Origin: Candidatus Nanoarchaeia archaeon
Lineage (GTDB): Archaea > Nanobdellota > Nanobdellia > Woesearchaeales > DATDTY01
NCBI GenBank assembly: GCA_035290625.1
Contig: DATDTY010000013.1
Location: 1-37,547 of the forward strand
DNA length: 37,547 bases
Direction: 5' to 3'
Shown in pieces: positions 10,008 through 18,299 of the stretch; the stretch's first letter is position 1, and each line of letters starts with the position of its first letter. The notes beneath the pieces were generated by a model, which was not told the origin of the DNA, did not search any database, and saw nothing but the letters and a program-made list of their open reading frames with translations. The position numbers and the translations under genes are program-made.

Positions 10008-11288
10008 TTAAAGAAGCAGGTATTTCCATAGAGGGGTAAACAACAATCCTGGCTCATGTTTCTCAGTGTCCTTAGTTATTATCACCAGTCGTTTTGCCTT
10101 CTTAAATTTATTTTTAAACTCTTCCATGGCTTTAATCTCTCTTTCCGGAATTTCATCGGCATAGCAGACATTTATTGCTGTTAATGAGTTGTCTTTATTT
10201 TTTATGACAAAATCCACTTCTCCTTTGCCGCTCCAATAGTAAAATTCCTTTTCTGCCGCGGTTAGATGTATAAAGACGAGATTCTCCGCTAATTTTCCCT
10301 CATCTTTTGAAAACTTAAAGCTGACTGCGTTTCTTAATCCATTGTCTATGCAGTAAACTTTTGAGGCGTTTGCTTTTTGCTCTTTGATAGAATACGAGAA
10401 ATAGTCTAAAGTAAAAAACAAAAACGCCTCTTTATAATAAGAGAGGTAGTCTTTTATTGCATCATAGGACAGGCTAAGCGAATTCCTTAAACTTCTCAGG
10501 GACACCAAACTCGTAAAATTCGCAGCAAAGTATAATGCAAGATCCTTTGCCTTTTGCACATTTAGGTTATATCTGTCAACTATGTCCTTGTAGAGTATAT
10601 CATCGAAATATTGCTCAAGAACCGTGGTTTTGTATTGTTTTGGCTTGAAAAAAATCTCTGGAAATCCCCCATGAGCCATATATTCTCTCAAGGACTTTAG
10701 TATAGAAAATTTTGTCTTCTCCAGGAGTATCCCTTTCTTAAGCTTCTCTTTATCTATCTCAAGGCCCTTGAAAGACAAGAATTCCTCAAAACTTAAAGGA
10801 AAAACCTCAAACGCTATGTTTCTGCCTGTCAAAAGGGTTGAATATTCCTTTTTTAATAGATACGAGCAAGAGCCAGACACAACAAATTTTTCATTGCTTT
10901 TTAAGTCGTATTTTTTCCTTATCCATGACTCCCATCCCTCTTTTCTATGAACTTCGTCAAGAAAAATATAGGCCTTCTTGTCAAGATTTATGTTTTCCCT
11001 GTAGCATCCGTATATATCATCCAGTGAGTCATTTAAGAGCTTCTTGTCCTCCAAGTTGATAAATAATATCTGCTCTGGAGCTGTGCCTTCATTCATTAAA
11101 TGGTCAATCATCTGGAACATCAACGTGCTCTTTCCAGATCTTCTGACGCCGGTTATTACTGTTATTTCCTTTAAGTCTATAGAGTTAGTCAGATGCGCGT
11201 ATTTAGGCCTTGGCTTTCCTTTCAGCCCTTCTATAAACTCCTTCTTTTCCCACCAGGGGTTCCATTCAGTAAGTTTTCCTATTTCCAT
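10008..11288 (-). CDS. AAA+ ATPase, COG1373 type (AAA_14 plus DUF4143)
   Basis: NPWW at the N-terminus, Walker A GVRRSGKST, Walker B IFLDEV, SGS, LTGR, GGFPE, KVYCIDNGL, LAENLV and EVDFV motifs. Visibly more AT-rich than its neighbours. Confidence 0.9.
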   Translation of the reverse strand: MEIGKLTEWNPWWEKKEFIEGLKGKPRPKYAHLTNSIDLKEITVITGVRRSGKSTLMFQMIDHLMNEGTAPEQILFINLEDKKLLNDSLDDIYGCYRENINLDKKAYIFLDEVHRKEGWESWIRKKYDLKSNEKFVVSGSCSYLLKKEYSTLLTGRNIAFEVFPLSFEEFLSFKGLEIDKEKLKKGILLEKTKFSILKSLREYMAHGGFPEIFFKPKQYKTTVLEQYFDDILYKDIVDRYNLNVQKAKDLALYFAANFTSLVSLRSLRNSLSLSYDAIKDYLSYYKEAFLFFTLDYFSYSIKEQKANASKVYCIDNGLRNAVSFKFSKDEGKLAENLVFIHLTAAEKEFYYWSGKGEVDFVIKNKDNSLTAINVCYADEIPEREIKAMEEFKNKFKKAKRLVIITKDTEKHEPGLLFTPLWKYLLL

Positions 11289-11343
11289 GCTACAGTAGAG
11301 TGTAACAAGAAGTATATAAATGTTACGATTGAGTGTAACATTT
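11288..11343 (-). promoter_or_regulatory. Promoter with two TGTTAC-N8-GTAACA palindromes flanking a TATA box
   Basis: TGCTAC-agtagagt-GTAACA (11288-11307) and AAATGTTAC-gattgagt-GTAACATTT (11318-11343). Minus-strand TTTATATA at about 11313-11320. Confidence 0.6.
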
Positions 11344-11508
11344 CAAGGTCGTTCAGGATGGAAAACATGACCAAAAACAACATACTTAACTGCCTGGGTC
11401 CCACGAAACAGGCGGCAGCCTTTCGCATTAGAGTTATACTCACTCGCATAATTAATTGAGCAATACATGCTCGTTCGTAATAAGCAAAGAACGTCGTCCA
11501 TTGTTCAG

Positions 11509-12102
11509 TTATTTGTGTTCTTTGCTATATAATTGCTGCATGAATTGTTTGATGCTATCTACAATCTTCTCAGAGGCCGCCAATGCTGCTATCTCTGCCC
11601 AGCGCTGCTGGTTGGCTAATGTGAGGACCAAGAGATGATTCTTTTGCAATGGGAAAAGTTGGGAGAGGGCCTGGTATTCTCTCTGCCTTCTGCCTCCGAA
11701 AAGCTGGAATTGTTCCTTTTGCTGGAAGATCAGGCATGCATCGGCGCCGTTTTTCACAGCAGTATCCCTGAGCGAGACGACTGCCGGCTGGCTTGCTGGC
11801 TTCTTTATATGGCAGGCTGCCTTTTTGAGGCTTTGAAACTGGGAGAGGGGTATGTCCACTCTTTTGAGATCAAATGCGCTATGCAGCTGGCTCAATACCT
11901 GGATGCCAGAGGCCGTCAGGGCATGGCCCTGGGCTGAGGAGCTTATGAGTCCTTTCTCTTTGAGGATATTGAGGAGCGTTCTCATCGTGCCCTCTCCCAC
12001 TTCTAAGGAGCCTGAAAGGTGTTTCCGTGATTGGCTGTCCTGAAGAGAAAGGAAGCAGCGGAGAACGTCAAATCTGGAGTAGTTCGGAAGGTTGTCAACC
12101 AT
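11509..12102 (-). CDS. Archaeal winged-HTH protein, DUF4443-like
   Basis: ATG 12102 gives 197 aa: SRKHLSGSLEVGEGTMRTLLNILKEKGLI...GHALTASG (wHTH) and LRDTAVKNGADA. The longer ORF-track N-terminus is antisense to the next gene. Confidence 0.75.
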   Translation of the reverse strand: MVDNLPNYSRFDVLRCFLSLQDSQSRKHLSGSLEVGEGTMRTLLNILKEKGLISSSAQGHALTASGIQVLSQLHSAFDLKRVDIPLSQFQSLKKAACHIKKPASQPAVVSLRDTAVKNGADACLIFQQKEQFQLFGGRRQREYQALSQLFPLQKNHLLVLTLANQQRWAEIAALAASEKIVDSIKQFMQQLYSKEHK

Positions 12103-12175
12103 GGCTTTGAGTAAACAAATATTTATATATAAGGCCTTTGGTTGGATATAATATCCAATTAAGGAGGGGGTTCCA

Positions 12176-12808
12176 ATATACAAGATATCCGTAGAGATCC
12201 ATGAAGAGGTAAGAGAAACGCTTATCTTCAGCAAGGGAGTAAAACAAAGGCTGAGGAACAAAAGACAACATCTTAATCTGGAGATTCGACTGCAGGAGGA
12301 AGAGCAAGGGCGTAGAGATACTTCTGCTGTAGATGAAATCATCAGAGCAGTCCAGGAGCACAAAGAGGAACTCGAAGAGATCATAGAGGCTGAAGAGCCG
12401 GAAAATGATGCTTTGGGGGGTTCTGTCGCATACGGGCCTGAGGAGGTTGTGTATGGGATAGCAGGCAGCGGAATCTCTATTAACTATGAGGAGCTGTTTT
12501 CCTATATGGGAAGCGGGGTGGCCAGCCTGGAGATTGCTTATGGGCAGGATGAAGGCAGGCAAGAGGATGCTGGGCAAGCCACTGTCTTTGGAGTGGATAT
12601 GGACAATGAGACTATCGACCTTATCGTGAAAGCAAAGAAGATGGATGCTATGGTGGGTTATGGGACAAGCAAGTTAGGAGGCTCTAGCAGGTATGCAACG
12701 GCTTCCCCTGCGGTATCAGTTTCTGACATGGAAAAATTCCAGCTTCTCAATAAGATGGCGCATATATTTGCACTCACTCTTATCAAATATGAGATGAATG
12801 GCTGGTGA
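12176..12808 (+). CDS. Hypothetical acidic protein, probably initiating at ATA 12176
   Basis: The frame is open from 12152 with normal E/K/R-rich coding style and has no ATG/GTG/TTG until 12413. Strong SD AAGGAGGGGG at 12161-12170 precedes an in-frame ATA. Confidence 0.6.
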   Translation: MYKISVEIHEEVRETLIFSKGVKQRLRNKRQHLNLEIRLQEEEQGRRDTSAVDEIIRAVQEHKEELEEIIEAEEPENDALGGSVAYGPEEVVYGIAGSGISINYEELFSYMGSGVASLEIAYGQDEGRQEDAGQATVFGVDMDNETIDLIVKAKKMDAMVGYGTSKLGGSSRYATASPAVSVSDMEKFQLLNKMAHIFALTLIKYEMNGW

Positions 12809-12907
12809 GGCCTTGCCAATTTTTGTTACTATTCTCAAATGATTAAAAACCAAAAGGTTTATAAATGGTGAAACATTCCACACCCCTAAACACTTAAAAC
12901 TACTGGG

Positions 12908-13966
12908 GTGGTTAAAATCAAAAAGCTACTATTGGCATTAAGCATTTTTATGATACTGGCTGCTTCGCTTGCGAGCGCAGTTACAGTGACAAATATCAGC
13001 AATTCTAAATTAAATATTCGTGATATTGAGGTTACGGTTGATGGAAGCAAGGATTCCTCAGTCAGCCAGGGAGATGAAGTAGGCCCGGATGTGAAGCCTC
13101 AATCCACGATCAAGATGGAGTTCAAGTTTGAGAACCTCTTTTCAACCACTGAGGATATAGATATCCAGGACATTACTGCTACTGTCATTATCCGGGATAT
13201 TGATGATGGCGAAGATCTTGAAGAGGAAATCAGCGACTTTGACCTTAAGCCTGGCAGAGAAAAGACCCAGCGGGCTTCATTCACAGCTCCTCTAAAGATT
13301 GACGAGGGGTTGTATGACGTTGATGTCGAGGTTGAGGCAAGCGATGAGAACAACACTGACTATGACCTTGTCTGGACATTCCAGCTGAATGTTGACAAGG
13401 AGAAGCATAAGGTCATCATCCACAAAAAGGAGCTTTCAAGCCCTGAGATCCAGATCGGAAAGTCTGCTGACCTTACCCTAGGCATCATTAACATCGGCCA
13501 AGAGGATGAGGATGATGTCACTTTGGAAGTCACCAGCAAGGAGCTTGGGCTGAACAAGAAGGAGACATTCAGCATGAGCGCTGATATCGATGATGAGGAC
13601 AACGCGATGACCAGGGCCTACACCATCAGGCCTGAGAATGTTGAGCCCGGGATATATAGCATCAGTATCAAGGCAAGCTACCAAGATGGAGACAAGGTGG
13701 ACACTGCTACTCAGAGCATAACAGTTTTAGCAGCTCCTCAGCCTACACCTGAAGAGGTTGTTGTTGTGACTGCGCCGCAGGCACAAGAACCGATTATGGG
13801 AGAGGTCCTTTTACCTACCTATATCCCGCCCGTGTCTGAGAGCGAGACGCCAAGCCTTGGCTTCCTTAACGGCAACATGAGCTATATTGCCTTGATTGGC
13901 TTAGCATACGTCATCGTGATTGTTGTTGGCGTCGTAGTTGCAGTCAGGATGTTCAGGAAGGAGTAA
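12908..13966 (+). CDS. S-layer-like/CARDB-like Ig-fold surface protein with a C-terminal TM anchor
   Basis: Signal peptide, two acidic beta-sandwich domains (..NIGQEDEDDV.., EGLYDVDVEV, PGIYSISIKASY), P/E/V-rich linker, and a C-terminal TM helix with a basic tail. T-rich tract downstream. Confidence 0.75.
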   Translation: MVKIKKLLLALSIFMILAASLASAVTVTNISNSKLNIRDIEVTVDGSKDSSVSQGDEVGPDVKPQSTIKMEFKFENLFSTTEDIDIQDITATVIIRDIDDGEDLEEEISDFDLKPGREKTQRASFTAPLKIDEGLYDVDVEVEASDENNTDYDLVWTFQLNVDKEKHKVIIHKKELSSPEIQIGKSADLTLGIINIGQEDEDDVTLEVTSKELGLNKKETFSMSADIDDEDNAMTRAYTIRPENVEPGIYSISIKASYQDGDKVDTATQSITVLAAPQPTPEEVVVVTAPQAQEPIMGEVLLPTYIPPVSESETPSLGFLNGNMSYIALIGLAYVIVIVVGVVVAVRMFRKE

Positions 13967-13971
13967 AAACC

Positions 13972-13995
13972 CTTTTTCTTTTATTTTTTTCTTTG
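13972..13995 (+). terminator. Oligo-T archaeal terminator
   Basis: Run of T tracts immediately after the stop at 13966. Confidence 0.5.
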
Positions 13996-14098
13996 TATGA
14001 AGCTTTTAATAACGAATCGTAATTTTTAAAAACTGTTGTTAAAACCACAAGTTCGAGGCATATCGGCACAGAGATCGCTAGAGGCAGGTAAGCATACA

Positions 14099-14479
14099 AT
14101 GAGCAGGAAAAAAGGAAAAAAGGAAAAGCCCGAGAAATACTACTATCTTGAGGTCTATCTCCAGCTTACAAGGGATGGGCGTTTTAGCTCTAAGTTTGGA
14201 AAGGGATGGGGAAGCGGAGAGGTCAGCGAGAGTTACTATCCTGGCCCTGAGTCTAAAAGGATGGAAACATTTGCGAATGCACTTATTGAGAGGCTGTGGA
14301 ATGCAACATATTACAGCATACAAAGAAGCAAAGGGGTTTCTGAGGGCAGGTTTTTTCCTGACAGGGCCTATAATTCGCTTGTTGCAAAAATAATTGAACA
14401 GCTTGGCGAGCCTGGCCCTGACGATTTTATAGAAGGCCGCAGCCACGCATGTGTTCCAATTCTGAAGGGATATGACTGA
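14099..14479 (+). CDS. Hypothetical protein (126 aa)
   Basis: ATG 14099 (MSRKKGKK..) preceded by GAGGCAGGT. No recognisable family. Confidence 0.55.
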   Translation: MSRKKGKKEKPEKYYYLEVYLQLTRDGRFSSKFGKGWGSGEVSESYYPGPESKRMETFANALIERLWNATYYSIQRSKGVSEGRFFPDRAYNSLVAKIIEQLGEPGPDDFIEGRSHACVPILKGYD

Positions 14480-14490
14480 AATGAATAATA

Positions 14491-14650
14491 CGCCGAGGGG
14501 GAGAAAGTCACTATTCGCTCCTGCCATTTGGCAAGCCGAAATAGATTTGAACTCCCGTGCCCTTTCGGACAGAGGATGTCTGCGGGACTGGCCTAGCAAT
14601 CTTACGGTTCCTGAAGAATCTCCGCAATGGCCAGACTATGCGACCTCGGC
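14491..14650 (-). tRNA. tRNA-Ser(GCT) with three introns (29/30, 37/38, 59/60)
   Basis: Acceptor GCCGAGG/CCTCGGC-G, D arm GCA..TGC, anticodon GCT at 14597-14595, long variable arm TGTCC-GAAA-GGGCA, T arm GGGAG/CTCCC. Removing 14619-14602, 14593-14578 and 14545-14505 (each with a BHB-type motif) gives an 85-nt canonical class II tRNA. CCA is not encoded. Confidence 0.92.
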
Positions 14651-14705
14651 ATAGGCAGAAGGTTTCCTGGCATGTTTATAAACATTGTTGATTTTCTCTA
14701 GAGGA

Positions 14706-16121
14706 ATGAAGAAGGGTGTTGCATGGCTTCTCTTTGGGATTTTGATAGTAAGTTTTGTTGCGGTTGAGTCAAAGGGGCTTAGAAACACCCTGCTGGGCGA
14801 TGATTTTGTCTATTTTGAGATGGCCAAGCTGATGGCAGAGGGGAAGGTGCCGTACAGGGATTTCTTCAACTCGCATCCGATACTTCATGCGGGCGTGATT
14901 TACCTTTTTTATCTTGCGTTTGGATATAACATGGTTCTCCTGACTTCCATTGCGACGGTGAGCGAGATTGCCGTTGCGTTATTTCTCTTTCTGCTTGTTT
15001 CAGAGAGATTTGGCTCTAAGGCTGCTGTGGTGAGCGTCCTGCTCTACCTTTCAACCTACCTCGTCCCGGTTATGGGAGTTAGTGTGTATGGAGTGAACCT
15101 AGCTCTCATGTGGACAATGATCGGGCTCTATTGCCTTCATAAAGAAAGGCCTGCCCTTGCAGGGATGCTGTATGGATTGGCCGGGCTGACGATGCTGTAT
15201 TCCCTTCCAATCACCTTTGCTGTTGGAACGTATTTGCTTGTAAAGAAAAGGACAGATAGCCTGCGTTTTTTCCTTGGATTTCTGGCAGTCTTCGGGACAG
15301 CAAATCTTGCTCTGGCCTTTATACCGGGATATCTTGAGCAGGTTTTCTTCTACCATATGAAGAAGCTTCCTGTTGAGGGGGTATCAATCGAGTTTTTGCT
15401 CACTACGATCAGGCAAAACGGCGTTTTGTTTGCTTCTCCTTTCCTCTGGCTTTTGTTTCTCACCCGGCAAAAGCTGAGGGAAAACAGCTTGTTCCTGTGG
15501 ATCATTGTGGTGTATATGGGTTTTATTTTCTCCCTGCCTATCTTTTTTGATTATTACCTTATGATGATATTTCCGTATCTTGCTCTGCTCGGCGGAGCAG
15601 GAACAGTTGAATTTGCAGAGCAGCTCGGAAAACGGATCCGGCTGAAGCACGCTTCATTCATTCTGCTGGTTGTGCTGCTTGGCTTATTTGTCTGGTATTC
15701 CAAAGAGTCGTATTATATCCTGTGGAAATATGATTTCCTGGATATCAGGATTGAGCCGTTTGTGGACTATATCAACACCCATTCTGACAGCCAAGCACCT
15801 ATTTTTGGGGATGTCCTTTTTGCATCCACGCTGAGTCTGGAGACTGGCAGGCCGATTTACCATAACTGGGCTGACACCAATGCATTTATTTTCTCCTCCG
15901 GGATACAGGATATCGGGAAACTTGTGGCTGAGATGAAAGAAGACCCGCCGAGCTTTGTTGTTGCGCGGCCTGAGATGGAGCTTGGAGCAATTCCTGAGTT
16001 TGCAGATTTCCTGCTGGAGCAATGCCGTATCGGGCTTGTTGTTGATGATCAGTTCTATGGGGAGATATTTTTATTTGAGTGCGACGATGAAAATACTTAT
16101 AAAGAGGGCGCGATTCATTGA
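14706..16121 (+). CDS. GT-C fold membrane glycosyltransferase (ArnT/PMT-like)
   Basis: GDDFVYFEMAKLMAEGKVPYRDFFNSHP after TM1, about 11 TM helices, and an extracellular C-terminal domain. ATG 14706 follows TTTATAAA at 14676-14683, which sits between this gene and the divergent tRNA-Ser. Confidence 0.8.
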   Translation: MKKGVAWLLFGILIVSFVAVESKGLRNTLLGDDFVYFEMAKLMAEGKVPYRDFFNSHPILHAGVIYLFYLAFGYNMVLLTSIATVSEIAVALFLFLLVSERFGSKAAVVSVLLYLSTYLVPVMGVSVYGVNLALMWTMIGLYCLHKERPALAGMLYGLAGLTMLYSLPITFAVGTYLLVKKRTDSLRFFLGFLAVFGTANLALAFIPGYLEQVFFYHMKKLPVEGVSIEFLLTTIRQNGVLFASPFLWLLFLTRQKLRENSLFLWIIVVYMGFIFSLPIFFDYYLMMIFPYLALLGGAGTVEFAEQLGKRIRLKHASFILLVVLLGLFVWYSKESYYILWKYDFLDIRIEPFVDYINTHSDSQAPIFGDVLFASTLSLETGRPIYHNWADTNAFIFSSGIQDIGKLVAEMKEDPPSFVVARPEMELGAIPEFADFLLEQCRIGLVVDDQFYGEIFLFECDDENTYKEGAIH

Positions 16122-16127
16122 GGCAAT

Positions 16128-16251
16128 AGCGAGGTGGAGCAGCCAGGAGTGCTCGGAGGGCTCATAACCCTCAGATGAGGAAACCTCAGAGGAAGTCGGT
16201 GGTTCAAATGGTGAACACGCTTGTGTTCTTCGGGAATTCCACCCCTCGCTA
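16128..16251 (+). tRNA. Initiator tRNA-Met(CAT) with two introns (45/46, 59/60)
   Basis: A1-U72 acceptor AGCGAGG/CCTCGCT-A. Anticodon stem GAGGG-CTCATAA-CCCTC with three consecutive G-C pairs (initiator hallmarks). Removing 16175-16194 and 16209-16237 restores AGGTC and TTCAAAT, giving a 75-nt tRNA. TATA-like CTTATAAA at 16096-16103. Confidence 0.93.
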
Positions 16252-16252
16252 T

Positions 16253-16284
16253 AGGGATGGCAGTTTGCTGTCCCTTTTTCTTTT
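16253..16284 (+). terminator. Hairpin plus T-tract after tRNA-iMet
   Basis: AGGGATGGCA-GTT-TGCTGTCCCT followed by TTTTCTTTT. Confidence 0.6.
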
Positions 16285-16292
16285 GACATATC

Positions 16293-16455
16293 GGCTCCGG
16301 TGAAAATCTTGCTTCGCAGCTGCCGCCGGCTCGGCTTGCGCTGTCCACCTGTATGTATCGTTGAAGCCCCGAAGGGGCCAACCCCCTCAACTCAGTCTAT
16401 GGCAATCCTTAAGGGCCTCGCAAAAAAGGCGTCAGCCCTGATTTTCACCGAAGCC
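16293..16455. repeat. Dispersed structured element, copy A (MITE-like or ncRNA)
   Basis: Terminal inverted repeat GGCTCCGGTGAAAATC / GATTTTCACCGAAGCC with nested inner stems. The first 18 nt are identical to copy B at 22905. Confidence 0.75.
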
Positions 16456-16497
16456 CGTATCGACACCTATTTAAACAAACCATCCTTTTCTCTCTGC

Positions 16498-17157
16498 ATG
16501 GTTTTGATTTGCGGGATTGATGAATCCGGGAGAGGCCCTGTAATCGGGCCGATGGTTATCGCAGGAGTTTTAGCGTCTGAGCCGGAGATTAAGCTGCTGG
16601 AAGGGATGAAGGTCAAGGACTCCAAGCTGCTCACTCCAAAGAGGAGAAGCTTTCTCTACGACAAGATTATCAAGAGCGTTTCCGGATATAAGATCATTGT
16701 CCTGCCTCCGAAGGAGATTGATGCTGCACTGGAGTCAGACAGCCTGAACCTGAATCTTCTTGAGGGAGTGAACATCGCGGCAGTGATCAATGAGCTGAAT
16801 CCTGATAAGGCATACATTGACTGCCCCTCAAATAATATTGAGGAATTCAAGCGGTTCGTGAAGAAGAATCTCACAGTCAAGGCTGAGCTGATCCTCGAGC
16901 ACAAGGCTGATGTGAGGTATCCTGTTGTGAGCGCAGCCTCGATTCTTGCAAAGGTTACCCGGGACAAGGAAGTGGAATTGCTGAAGAAGGAGATCGGGAT
17001 TGACTTTGGAAGCGGGTATGCGACTGATCCCATAACACAGGAGTTTATCAAAAAGCATTATAATGCGTATCCTGAGATATTCCGGAAGAGCTGGGAGACG
17101 TATAAGAGTTTGAAGAGGAAGGAAGGGCAGAAGGGGCTGAAGGAATTCTCGGAGTAG
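16498..17157 (+). CDS. rnhB: Ribonuclease HII
   Basis: MVLICGIDESGRGPVIGP, VKDSKLL, AYIDC, EHKADVRYPVVSAASILAKVTRD, GSGY, FRKSW, and a C-terminal PIP box QKGLKEF. TATTTAAA at 16468-16475. The ORF-track extension to 16300 runs through the repeat element. Confidence 0.97.
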   Translation: MVLICGIDESGRGPVIGPMVIAGVLASEPEIKLLEGMKVKDSKLLTPKRRSFLYDKIIKSVSGYKIIVLPPKEIDAALESDSLNLNLLEGVNIAAVINELNPDKAYIDCPSNNIEEFKRFVKKNLTVKAELILEHKADVRYPVVSAASILAKVTRDKEVELLKKEIGIDFGSGYATDPITQEFIKKHYNAYPEIFRKSWETYKSLKRKEGQKGLKEFSE

Positions 17158-17220
17158 GCATTCATTTACGGAGCATTTTACAAAGGAGAAAGTTTTATAT
17201 AGGGGGGTTACCAGGAATCA

Positions 17221-18087
17221 ATGATTACGATGAAAAAGATTGCAAGAAGACAAGTTAACCTTGAAAACAAAGTACGGAAGGATTTCCCCAGGTATACGGG
17301 CAGGAATGCCCAACGGCATTACCAGCGGCTTTCATTGCTGGTTGCGTTTCTTTTCGTGGCTTTGGTTATTGGAAGCTTGATTGGGAATAACGGAAGGGAT
17401 AGGGCCGGGTTGGCGGCAAATGATGCGAGGCAATCGTTTGAGTCTGATATTTTAACAGAAGGGTCTAGTAAAACATATTATTTAAATGGGGTACAGTATG
17501 ATGTAACATTGTATCTTGTGGCTACTGCTAATCAAGTAGCTAAGTTTATCGTCAATGGTGAATATACTACTTCGTTGGCGGAAGGGGAATCTTACACATT
17601 AGCTGATGGAGCAATAATCTCAGTAAAGAATATTTTGATTGGAGCCGTATCTTTTGTTGAATTCATACCAAGTGGCTCAAATAGGGTTGAATTTCACCTT
17701 ATTCCAGCAAGAGTTGGTGGAGCAGAACCTCCTTCTCCGCCCAGCCCACAGCCTACGCCAGAATCTAGCTTGACGAGGCGAGAGGTTTTAGATATGCTGA
17801 ATGGGTGCGAGGCATATCCCGTTTTATTACGCGACGTTGGGCTAGATGTAGATATTGCTTCTGTTGATACTAATTCAGACGCGCTTATATCAGGAGACGA
17901 ATTATGCAATAATTATTATCGGTTGTTTCCTTGGGTTAGCAGAGCAGGAGTCTGTATCCTTTCCCTAGCATATCAGCGATTGAGTGATGAAACCTCTACT
18001 CCACTAGGCTTGCGTTCATGTTCAGAAGGCTTGCCTCATTATGCAGGAGAATATGTTATGACTCCTGTCTGCTGCAGAGCTGAATAA
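17221..18087 (+). CDS. N-terminally anchored surface protein (S-layer-like beta domain, Pro linker, Cys-rich C-terminal domain)
   Basis: TM helix YQRLSLLVAFLFVALVIGSLIG, beta domain LTEGSSKTYYLNGVQYDV..KFIVNGE..LAEGESYTLADG, PPSPPSPQPTP linker, and C-terminal SGDELC..CI..SC..CC. Confidence 0.7.
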   Translation: MITMKKIARRQVNLENKVRKDFPRYTGRNAQRHYQRLSLLVAFLFVALVIGSLIGNNGRDRAGLAANDARQSFESDILTEGSSKTYYLNGVQYDVTLYLVATANQVAKFIVNGEYTTSLAEGESYTLADGAIISVKNILIGAVSFVEFIPSGSNRVEFHLIPARVGGAEPPSPPSPQPTPESSLTRREVLDMLNGCEAYPVLLRDVGLDVDIASVDTNSDALISGDELCNNYYRLFPWVSRAGVCILSLAYQRLSDETSTPLGLRSCSEGLPHYAGEYVMTPVCCRAE

Positions 18088-18299
18088 ATGCCGCATATGA
18101 GGATAGATAGCAAGTATATATAAGCAGATTGAGGCATAATCATCTTCATCTCACGCGATGTTGTTTATTTTACTTTTGATCTCCCTAGGGAGTTGCAGAC
18201 ATTTCTAGGGCAGTCTTCTTTATCAAAAGGTATTTATATGAATGGCCCGATGAGAGTTTAGGTATGATGCCCATTCCTGCATACCGGTGATTTCATATC

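Noticed and set aside
11389..11473. Intergenic hairpins (CTGCCTG/CAGGCGG with CGAAAC; GAGCA/TGCTC) as a possible hammerhead
   Set aside because: No CTGANGA core, and the stems are short enough to be chance or terminator structure.
12103..12384. Extended N-terminus of the DUF4443 ORF
   Set aside because: It is antisense to the plus-strand gene and crosses the shared TATA region at 12121-12130.
14472..14654. 60-aa ORF and the overlapping ORF 14078..14599
   Set aside because: They overlap the three-intron tRNA-Ser gene and show no protein features.
16293..16455. Repeat element as tRNA, SRP RNA, RNase P RNA, retron ncRNA, or hammerhead/HDV ribozyme
   Set aside because: No cloverleaf, no RNase P GAGGAAAGTC core, no SRP helix-8 motif, no CTGANGA core, no HDV pseudoknot that I could build, and no reverse transcriptase in the window.
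16300..16497. N-terminal extension of RNase HII in the ORF track
   Set aside because: It runs through the repeat element. The family N-terminus and a TATA box point to ATG 16498.
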